DNA from: Planctomycetota bacterium
GTDB taxonomy: Bacteria > Planctomycetota > Phycisphaerae > Phycisphaerales > Phycisphaeraceae
Reading direction: 5' to 3'
Assembly: GCA_039025855.1 (NCBI GenBank)
Contig: JBCCNL010000001.1
Coordinates: 106,988-170,987, forward strand
Length of the DNA: 64,000 nucleotides
Shown: one piece after another, positions 47,058-54,919 of the stretch
Layout of the letters: every line of letters begins with the position of its first letter
How positions within the stretch are numbered: the first letter of the stretch is position 1
Position numbers and translations under genes: made by a program
Notes under the pieces: generated by a model
What the model was told of the DNA's origin: nothing
The model's input: the letters and a program-made list of their open reading frames with translations, nothing else
Database searches by the model: none

Positions 47058-49073
47058 TCAGAGCCAGAGCTGCATCCGCACCCAGTTCACCGCGTCCCGC
47101 GTCCACAACCAGAGGTGGCTCGACTCGCCCGCATCCAGCCGGGCCGCGCCCGTCATCCCCGGCCGAAGCCAGACCGGCTGACGGTCCAGCTCCACCTCCG
47201 CCGCGAACACGTTCCGCCCCTCGTGCACCTTCGCCTGAGGCTCGATCGACCGCACCGTGAAGCCCACCCGCTGATCCGGGTAACTCGTCGTCGCCAGCTC
47301 GCCCCGCATCCCCAGCGTCACCTCTCCCGCCCGGTCCTCCGGGATATAAAGCTCCGCCCGCAGCGCCTCCACGGGCGCGACCTCAAAGAGCGTGTCGCCC
47401 TCCGTCACCGCCTTCCCGATCTCACGCTTCAGGTCGCCCGCCATCACCATCCCGCCCAGCGACGACCGCAGTGCCGCCATCTCGATCTGCCGTTCAATCA
47501 AGCGGCGCTTCGCCGCCGTCGCCTCCGCCTCCGCCATCGACACCTGAACGCCCGACATGTCCGACTCCCGCCGCGCCGCCTCCGCCTGCTTCCGCTGCGC
47601 CGTCTCCTGCGCCCAGAGCTCCGCCGCCTGCAACCGGAGCTCCGCCGTATCCAGCTCCGCCAACACCGTCGCCCCCGCCTGCACCGCATCGCCCGGCCCA
47701 ACATGCACCGACTTCAGATACCCCGCGAACGGCGCCGTCACCAGCTGCCGCTGCGTCGCCTCAATCACAAAGCTCGACTCCACATGGTCCGTCCCCTTGC
47801 CCAGCGTCAACCACAGCACCAACGCCAAGAGCCCGACCGCTGCGACCTTCGCCCAGGTGTACTGCGTGCCCAGCGCTTTGCCGAGCACCCGTGTGCTCCC
47901 GTCCTTGAGCCGACCCCCCACCCAACGGTCACGCTGCCGCAGCGGCACCAGCAACGGCGTCGCCAACTCACCAATCAACCGCAACCGCGTCAACCGCTGC
48001 GCCGTCTCCGCGGCGTCCTTCGGCAGCTCGTTCCACTCCAGCGTCAGCACCGCCACCACCCCGCCCTCCCGTCCCTGCTCCGACTCGCCGCTCACCTCGC
48101 CCTTCGCCCCGCCCACGTGACGCAGCGGAAGCGACACCGCACACGCCGAGCCGTGCTGCTTCGTCAACGCCTGATGGTCTCGGCTCACCACCGGCACCTC
48201 GGGCGGCGCGGGCCACACCACCTCGATGTCCTGATCCAGACACTCGTGCATCGCCGACTCCAGGTCCTGCACCAGCTTCATCCGCCGGTTCAGCCGCTCG
48301 GTCCGGCTCATCGCGATCAGCTTGAGCGCCTCCCGCTGCGGCTCCACCCAACCCAGGCTCACCCGCTCCGCCCCGTGCCGCGACGCCAGCTCGTTGCACA
48401 ACCCCATGGCCGCCTCACGGAACCGCCGACAACGCCCCAGCGCCGCCAAGACATCCACCGATTCCGTCAGCCGATCGATCCCGCCCTGCTTCTGGTGCAG
48501 CTGCGCCCGCGCGTCATACGCCCCGAGCAACCCAAGCGTCAGCTCCACCTGCTGCGCCGCCCGATCCACCTCGCCCCGCGACACGCCCTGAAGCCCCAGC
48601 GCCACCATGAACCGTCCTTCCCCGCCATCCAACCCGACCGACTGCGGCAGGCCCAACAACACCAAGAACTGCTCACTCGCCGACTCCGGCGGCGCAGTCG
48701 TTGCGGTCGCATTCTCAGCCGGGACGGACTGACGGATCCCCATCACCACCGGCGTCGACCGCGCAAACACCCGCTCCGCCTGCTCCGCCGCGAACCGCAC
48801 CCAGGGCGGTGGCAACCGATCCGGGTGCGGGTTGTAGTCCGCCACCACCGCCGGCCCGGACTGCGGCATAAACCGGATCACCACCCCGTGGTCCGCGCCC
48901 GTCAGCCGGCCCTGAAGCGTCACCAACCGCTGCAGGAACTCCGGAGCCGGGCCATCGAACCGCGCCAGCATCTCCACGACCGTCGGCCGCTTCGCGTCGG
49001 CCGCCGGCTGCTGCCCCAAGCCCCCACCCGACAGCCCCGCACCACCCGAAGAAGATCGACCTGATTCATCCAT
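47058..49073 (-). CDS. HlyD-family membrane-fusion protein with an N-terminal cytoplasmic GAF-like sensory region.
   Basis: ATG at 49073. The N-terminal ~330 aa are soluble and alpha/beta GAF-like. A TM segment ('VAAVGLLALVLWL') is followed by an MFP lipoyl hairpin and barrel ('VTAPFAGYLKSVHVGPGDAV'). Confidence 0.6.
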   Translation of the reverse strand: MDESGRSSSGGAGLSGGGLGQQPAADAKRPTVVEMLARFDGPAPEFLQRLVTLQGRLTGADHGVVIRFMPQSGPAVVADYNPHPDRLPPPWVRFAAEQAERVFARSTPVVMGIRQSVPAENATATTAPPESASEQFLVLLGLPQSVGLDGGEGRFMVALGLQGVSRGEVDRAAQQVELTLGLLGAYDARAQLHQKQGGIDRLTESVDVLAALGRCRRFREAAMGLCNELASRHGAERVSLGWVEPQREALKLIAMSRTERLNRRMKLVQDLESAMHECLDQDIEVVWPAPPEVPVVSRDHQALTKQHGSACAVSLPLRHVGGAKGEVSGESEQGREGGVVAVLTLEWNELPKDAAETAQRLTRLRLIGELATPLLVPLRQRDRWVGGRLKDGSTRVLGKALGTQYTWAKVAAVGLLALVLWLTLGKGTDHVESSFVIEATQRQLVTAPFAGYLKSVHVGPGDAVQAGATVLAELDTAELRLQAAELWAQETAQRKQAEAARRESDMSGVQVSMAEAEATAAKRRLIERQIEMAALRSSLGGMVMAGDLKREIGKAVTEGDTLFEVAPVEALRAELYIPEDRAGEVTLGMRGELATTSYPDQRVGFTVRSIEPQAKVHEGRNVFAAEVELDRQPVWLRPGMTGAARLDAGESSHLWLWTRDAVNWVRMQLWL

Positions 49074-49085
49074 CGCCGATCCTTT

Positions 49086-49952
49086 TCAATTCGCCACCGC
49101 CGTCGGCTCCGCGTCCGCTTCCTGAACCAAAGCCTCCGCCTCCCGCGGCAGCCACACCAGGAACCCAGCCGGCAGCGACAGGTCGCTGTTGTCAATCGCA
49201 AACACACACCGGAACGTCTGACTCGCCGGGTCGATCATCGGGTCCACCCACTTCAGCTCCGCCCGCAAGCCCCGCCCCACCGGTGCCCCCGCCTGCAGCT
49301 CGTACCGCTGACCCACCTCCATCTGCCCGTACCGCGCGACCGGCAAAAACAGCTCGGCCTTGAGTTCCGTCAACGACGCAAACACCGCCACCGGATCGCC
49401 CTGGTCCACCGTCGCACCCGGCTGCGCCTCCAGCTTCATCACCCGCCCATCGAACGGCGCCTTCAGTGCAAACCGTTCCAGACGCGCCTGCTCCAGATCA
49501 AACTGCAGCGCCGCCGCATCACGATCCTGCTTCGCGATCGCCAGGTCGATCTTCGAGAGCTCCAGCTGCACCCGAGCCTGACGGACCTCCCAGTCCGTCC
49601 CCGCGTCCTGCTTCACCATGTCCTTCGCCTGCTCCAGCCGGAGCTGCAACTCGTTGACCGCCTCGACCGCACGACGCACCGACAGGTCGCTCTCCGACCG
49701 CATCTGCGCCAACGCCACCGCCTCCGCCTGACCCCGATCCGCCAGCCTTGCGATCAACTCACCCGCCGACCGGGCCTCGCCCTCCGCCGCCAACTCACCC
49801 GGGATCACCTGGCCCACCGCCTCGGCCCGCAGCACCACGTACCGCGTCGGCTTCACGATGCCTTGATCCAGCATCGCGTCCTGCGCCGCCACAACACCCG
49901 CAGCACCAACGCTCACAAACGCAAAAATTGACCGTTTCAGGAGTTCTTTCAC
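49086..49952 (-). CDS. Short HlyD/RND-type periplasmic adaptor (membrane-fusion protein) with a signal peptide.
   Basis: GTG at 49952. Signal peptide 'SIFAFVSVGAAGVVAAQ'. Coiled-coil hairpin plus the 'LKAPFDGRVMKLEAQPGATV' lipoyl motif. Confidence 0.65.
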   Translation of the reverse strand: MKELLKRSIFAFVSVGAAGVVAAQDAMLDQGIVKPTRYVVLRAEAVGQVIPGELAAEGEARSAGELIARLADRGQAEAVALAQMRSESDLSVRRAVEAVNELQLRLEQAKDMVKQDAGTDWEVRQARVQLELSKIDLAIAKQDRDAAALQFDLEQARLERFALKAPFDGRVMKLEAQPGATVDQGDPVAVFASLTELKAELFLPVARYGQMEVGQRYELQAGAPVGRGLRAELKWVDPMIDPASQTFRCVFAIDNSDLSLPAGFLVWLPREAEALVQEADAEPTAVAN

Positions 49953-50376
49953 CCACTGAGACTACCGCCCGCCATCGACGTACACAAGAGATACTTCGCG
50001 CCGATTCAGGCCCGACCACGACGCCTTGTCAAGAGCACACTAAGTAATTCCGTAGAAACCGTTAACGAGTCTTCGAAAACCCGCCGCAGGGGCGATAAAC
50101 CACGCCCGGATCAAGGCCAGTCCCGCCCCGCTCCGACGCCCCATCAAATGGGCCGCTCGTGGTTGTTTCCGTCCCAACGGCCGATTATTGTTAACGGTTG
50201 ACAATCATCGCGACGATCCAGTCCCCCAAGCACGCGGCCCCTCGTTGTTTTCACCTCGTCGTGACACGGACCGCCAGGACGCACCGCTCACCCAGCGCGC
50301 CGCTCAGCCCGGCGACCAACCCCGCCATCTCCCCGCCGACTCCCCCCGCTCCTCCCGTCTCCAGAAAGCCCACGCC
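49953..50376. promoter_or_regulatory. Divergent intergenic region with an inverted repeat AACCGTTAAC (50057..50066) / GTTAACGGTT (50190..50199). The second copy abuts a TTGACA -35-like hexamer.
   Basis: Seen directly. Lower GC than the flanking sequence. Confidence 0.3.
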
Positions 50377-52053
50377 ATGAAGACCCCCACGCCGCTGCTT
50401 CTGATCCTGCTCCTGGCAATGACCAGCCTCGCCTGCACCGGCCCCAGCCCCACCGCCAAGGCCGACGGCCACAACCCGCCCGCACCCCCCAACATCATCT
50501 TCATCATCACCGATGACCAGGAGCGCCGAGAGCTCGGCTTCCTCGAAAACCAATCCCACACCCCCCACCTCGACGCCCTCGCCGCAGGCGGCACCTACTT
50601 CAGCAACTGCTACGTCAACTCCAGCGTCTGCACCCCCAGCCGCTACGGCGTCATGACCGGCCAATACGCCAGCCGAAGCGAAACCGACTTCTTCAAGCGG
50701 CACACCAGCGCAGAGGGCGTCACCCAGGTCGTCTGGAACCCCGGCCTCATGCCCGACCAGCCCACCCTCCCCTCGGTCCTCAAAGAAGCCGGCTACGCCA
50801 CCGGCTTCGTCGGCAAGTGGCACATCGGCAGCCTCAAACGCGCCCCGGGCCCCAAGCTCGAGCAAGGCGCCGACCCCGCCGACCAGGCCACCATCGCCCG
50901 CCTCAAAGCCAACCAAGCCTCCTTCGCCGAAGACCTCCGCACCAAAGGCTTCGACTTCGCCGACGCCATCTACTCCGGCAACCCCGACGACGACCAGGAA
51001 CTCAAACGCGTCGGCCTCAACGTCCACCACCAGGAGTGGGTCACCCGCGGCGGCCTCAATTTCATCGATCAGTCCGTCGCCCAGGACAAGCCCTTTTTCC
51101 TCTACTTCTCGACCACGCTCACCCACGTCCCCAAGCCGCTCGAATCCCTCAAGCTCGACCCCCGCGTCTCACCCATCGGCATGCTCGACGCACCCATCGA
51201 AGGCGTCCAACCCTCCCGCGCCGACGTCATCGCCCGCGGCCAACAACTCGGCATCCCCGAAGAACTCTGGGGCTCGATGTGGCTTGACGACGGTATCGGC
51301 GCCCTCACCGCCAAGCTCCGCGAACATGGCATCGAAGACAACACCCTCATCGTCTACTTCGTCGATCACGGCATGGAGTTCCGCAGCAAAGGCACCTCCT
51401 ATCAAGGCGGCCTCATCTCCCCAACCCTCTTCTTCTGGCCCGGCCAAGTCCCCGCGGGCAAGACCCAGGACGCCCTGATCCAGAACATCGACTTCGCCCC
51501 CACCTTCCTCGAACTCGCCGGTGCCACCCCGCCCGCAAGCATGGTGATCGACGGTAAGTCGCTCGTCGAACTCATCCGCGGCAGCGACGCCCCCGTCCGC
51601 AAGTCCGTCTTCAGCGAGCTCGGCCTCACCCGCACCGTCGTCACCGCCGACGGCTGGAAGTACCTCGCCTTCCACGTCCCGCCCAGCCTCCAACGCACGA
51701 CCGAAGAGCGTCTGGCCGACCACAAAAAGCGCCTCAGTGAGATCCACACCAAACACCCGTGGACCCGCAACAACCCGCACTACGCGCTCGACCCCGAAGC
51801 CAAGTACTTCCAGCTCGGCATGGCCGCCGGCGGCAACGTCTTCGAGCGCAACCAGCTCGCCGGCAATGTGCCTTTCCGAGCCCACTACTTCGACGCGCAT
51901 CAGCTCTTCAACCTCAACGCCGACCCGGACGAGACGACCAACCTCGCGGACGACCCGAAATACGCCGACAAGCTCGCCGAGATGCAGGCCGAGCTCACGG
52001 TCTACCTCGACAGCCTCCCCGGCACGTACGGCGACCTCAAGCCCAGCGAGTAA
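50377..52053 (+). CDS. Sulfatase (formylglycine-dependent, S1 family), lipoprotein.
   Basis: ORF 50188..52053 trimmed to the ATG at 50377 (MKTPTPLLLILLLAMTSLAC). 'IIFIITDDQ' and 'CTPSRYGVMTGQY' (CxPxR) signatures. Confidence 0.9.
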   Translation: MKTPTPLLLILLLAMTSLACTGPSPTAKADGHNPPAPPNIIFIITDDQERRELGFLENQSHTPHLDALAAGGTYFSNCYVNSSVCTPSRYGVMTGQYASRSETDFFKRHTSAEGVTQVVWNPGLMPDQPTLPSVLKEAGYATGFVGKWHIGSLKRAPGPKLEQGADPADQATIARLKANQASFAEDLRTKGFDFADAIYSGNPDDDQELKRVGLNVHHQEWVTRGGLNFIDQSVAQDKPFFLYFSTTLTHVPKPLESLKLDPRVSPIGMLDAPIEGVQPSRADVIARGQQLGIPEELWGSMWLDDGIGALTAKLREHGIEDNTLIVYFVDHGMEFRSKGTSYQGGLISPTLFFWPGQVPAGKTQDALIQNIDFAPTFLELAGATPPASMVIDGKSLVELIRGSDAPVRKSVFSELGLTRTVVTADGWKYLAFHVPPSLQRTTEERLADHKKRLSEIHTKHPWTRNNPHYALDPEAKYFQLGMAAGGNVFERNQLAGNVPFRAHYFDAHQLFNLNADPDETTNLADDPKYADKLAEMQAELTVYLDSLPGTYGDLKPSE

Positions 52054-52068
52054 TCACCGAGACCTCTC

Positions 52069-52986
52069 ATGCCCATCGCCTCACGCCCTGTCACCCAAGC
52101 GGTCTGCATTTTCATTATGGCTCTAACCTCTTCCTTCACGTCCGGCTGCGCCGGCGACGGCTCGCCCACCACGGGCCCGTTCCTCTTGCCCGGAACCGAC
52201 ACCGACGCCGAGGCCCTGCGCTGGTCCCCGGTTGACAACATGTCCGACGAGTTCGACGGCAACACCGTCGACGCCACCAAGTGGCAGACCGAGCCCTTCG
52301 AGAACGGCTGGGTCTGGATCGGCCGACCTCCCGGGCTGTTCAAATCCGAAAACATCAGCGTCGCCGACGGCTCACTCAACGTCACCGTCAGCGGCCTGCC
52401 GGAAACGTTCGAGAAGAACGGCCGGACCTACGACTACCAGGGCGGCATCGTCCGCTCCCTCCACGCCGGACAGCCCGGCTGGTACTACGAGACCCGCATG
52501 AAGGCCAACGCGACCGTCATGTCCTCCACCTTCTGGCTCATGACCTCGAACCGATCGGCCAGCAAGAAGAAGCTCGAGCTCGACATCCAGGAGTGCGTCG
52601 GGCTCACCACCGACCTCACCTTCGACTGGGCCCGCACCTGGGACCAGATCTACCACTCCAACATGATCCACCGCGTCAACCAGTACAACCCAGAGCCGGT
52701 GCAGCACCAGAAATCCGTCCCCACGGAGACCAAGAACCACGAGCGCTACTACGTCTACGCCGCCTGGTGGAAGTCACCCGAAGAAGTCCGGTTCTACCTC
52801 GACGGGGCCTACGTCTACTCCATCACCCCACCGATCACCTGGGACGTCCCCGCCTTCCTCCAGATGGCCATCGAGACCTACGACTGGAACCCCGTCCCCG
52901 AGGACGGCGGGCTGATCACCACCGGCACGCTCGACCAACGCACCACCCGCTACGACTGGGTTCGCGTCTGGAAACCCGAACAGTAG
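52069..52986 (+). CDS. Glycoside hydrolase family 16 (beta-jelly-roll glycanase).
   Basis: Catalytic motif 'ELDIQE'. Lipoprotein signal (FTSGCAG). Confidence 0.8.
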   Translation: MPIASRPVTQAVCIFIMALTSSFTSGCAGDGSPTTGPFLLPGTDTDAEALRWSPVDNMSDEFDGNTVDATKWQTEPFENGWVWIGRPPGLFKSENISVADGSLNVTVSGLPETFEKNGRTYDYQGGIVRSLHAGQPGWYYETRMKANATVMSSTFWLMTSNRSASKKKLELDIQECVGLTTDLTFDWARTWDQIYHSNMIHRVNQYNPEPVQHQKSVPTETKNHERYYVYAAWWKSPEEVRFYLDGAYVYSITPPITWDVPAFLQMAIETYDWNPVPEDGGLITTGTLDQRTTRYDWVRVWKPEQ

Positions 52987-53108
52987 ACACAGCCCGATCA
53001 CCCGCCCGACGCCGGCGGTCAACAGCGAGCCGGGGCGTGTCGCCCCGGTCCAACCAACCCGCCGCTCCCGCCCCCCACCACCCCCCACCGCCCCCACCGA
53101 GCCACCCG

Positions 53109-54500
53109 ATGCCTCAATCGACCGCCGACCGACCGGCGTCCGCCGCTACCGCCCCATTCAAAGAACACTGGACCTCGCTCCGCCAACACCGCACCCCCGA
53201 CTGGCTCGCCGACGCCAAGTTCGGCATCTACTGCCACTGGGGCATCAATACCATCTGGTACCAGCCCGAATACGCCGACCTCTCCGCCGAAGAGGCCGTT
53301 GACAAGTGGACCGCCGACGCGTTCGACCCCGACGGCTGGGCCGAACTCTTCCAACGAGCCGGCGCCCGCTTCGGCGGCCCGATCGCCCTGCACTCCGAAC
53401 CCTTCCCCTACTGGGACAGCGCCCTCACCGACTTTAACTGCGTCAAGCGCAACCCCCACACCGACATCCTCGGCCGGGTCAGCGACGCCCTCAAACGCCG
53501 TGGCCTCAAGGTCATGACCAGCTTCCACCAGTGCAACGACACCACCTGCTTCGCCCGTGCCCGGGAAGTCATCGACAAATACCTGCCCGACCTGCTCTGG
53601 TTCGACGCGAGCTTCGGCGGCACCAAGGCCGCCCACCATCAGAAGATCCTCAAGCACTCCCGCTTCCTCGGCACAACCGACCAAACGCAAGACGAACCCG
53701 ACCTCGGCGGCGGCGACCCTCAAGCCCACATCGAGCAGGTCTCCGACCGTGAACAACGCAAGCTCCTCGCCTACTACTACAACCGCGCCGCAGAGGCCGG
53801 CCGCGACGTCGAGGTCGTCTACAAGTCCCACGACCTCCCGCCCGGCGTCGCCATGCGCGACCTCGAAAACGGGCTCATGCCCGATACCGCTTACGACGTC
53901 TGGATGAGCGACATCGACATCACCGTCGTCCCCGACTGGAAGACGCACGGCTGGTTCTACCGCGAAGGCATCCCCTTCCGCTCGGCCGGCAACATCGTCC
54001 ACCTCCTCGCCGACATCACCAGCAAGAACGGCATCCTCCTGCTCAACGTCCCCCCCAAAGCCGACGGCTCCTTCACCGACGAGACCCACCGCACCCTCGG
54101 CCAAGTCGGCGACTGGCTCCAGACCCACGGCGAAGCCATCTACAGCACCGCCCCGTGGTGCTACAGCGGCGAAGGCCCCACCGAGATCGGCACCTGGACC
54201 GACGTCCTCCACCACAACGACCACTTCGGCAAGATCCGGTTCACCCCCGAAGACATCCGCTTCACTACCCGCGACGACAAGCTCTATGCCATCTGCCTCG
54301 GGCCCATCGCCAACCAAGTCCACATCCGCGCCTTCTCAACGGACCACCGCCTCATGGCCGGCCAGGCCAAGCACGTCGAACTGGTCGGCTCCGACGCCCC
54401 CCTCGACTGGCAGCACACACCCCACGGCATGACCATCACCCTCCCCGACAGCGTCACCCCCGACCCGCTCGCCAGCGTCTTCCGCGTCACCGTCGACTAA
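53109..54500 (+). CDS. Alpha-L-fucosidase (GH29).
   Basis: ORF 52281..54500 trimmed to the ATG at 53109 because upstream it overlaps the GH16 gene in another frame. 'DAKFGIYCHWGINT' resembles the GH29 N-terminus. No signal peptide is seen. Confidence 0.7.
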   Translation: MPQSTADRPASAATAPFKEHWTSLRQHRTPDWLADAKFGIYCHWGINTIWYQPEYADLSAEEAVDKWTADAFDPDGWAELFQRAGARFGGPIALHSEPFPYWDSALTDFNCVKRNPHTDILGRVSDALKRRGLKVMTSFHQCNDTTCFARAREVIDKYLPDLLWFDASFGGTKAAHHQKILKHSRFLGTTDQTQDEPDLGGGDPQAHIEQVSDREQRKLLAYYYNRAAEAGRDVEVVYKSHDLPPGVAMRDLENGLMPDTAYDVWMSDIDITVVPDWKTHGWFYREGIPFRSAGNIVHLLADITSKNGILLLNVPPKADGSFTDETHRTLGQVGDWLQTHGEAIYSTAPWCYSGEGPTEIGTWTDVLHHNDHFGKIRFTPEDIRFTTRDDKLYAICLGPIANQVHIRAFSTDHRLMAGQAKHVELVGSDAPLDWQHTPHGMTITLPDSVTPDPLASVFRVTVD

Positions 54501-54535
54501 ACCACCCCACCCAGCACCGAACCAGGAACCGCGCC

Positions 54536-54904
54536 ATGAGCCAGCACGTCGTCATGTACAACGAACCCCACGGTGCAACCCTCGCCACGCAGCCCGCACC
54601 CATCGCCGAGGGCGTCGACTACGCCGGCTGGTCCATCATGACCACCGAGTCAGCGGGCGTCTCCGTGATCGTGCTCAAGGGCGAACCCGATGCCGTCGAG
54701 TTCCCGATGCACGCGGTCCCCGACGCCTACTTCGGCTACGTCGTTGCCGGGCAGGTCATCATCCACGCCGGCAACGCCGACGGCGAAAAGCTCGACGAAA
54801 CCACCCTCACCGCCGGCGACCTGCTCACCCTCGAACCCGACACGCAGCACGCCTGGGTTAACACCGGCGGCCCCGCCGAGATCATCTTCACCAAACCGGC
54901 CTAA
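54536..54904 (+). CDS. Small cupin-fold protein.
   Basis: ATG at 54536 within ORF 54155..54904. 122 aa with a beta-rich 'GYVVAGQVIIHAGNADG...LEPDTQHAWVN' cupin motif-like region. Confidence 0.5.
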   Translation: MSQHVVMYNEPHGATLATQPAPIAEGVDYAGWSIMTTESAGVSVIVLKGEPDAVEFPMHAVPDAYFGYVVAGQVIIHAGNADGEKLDETTLTAGDLLTLEPDTQHAWVNTGGPAEIIFTKPA

Positions 54905-54919
54905 GCCAATCGGCCACCG

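Noticed and set aside
43163-49064. Plus-strand ORFs 43163..45106 (647 aa) and 46707..49064 (785 aa) rich in R/P/H/Q.
   Set aside because: They are antisense to the SecA-like and HlyD-family genes. No motifs were found.
52281-53108. N-terminal 276 codons of ORF 52281..54500.
   Set aside because: They overlap the GH16 gene in another frame. The GH29 homology starts only at the ATG at 53109, so the upstream extension is spurious.
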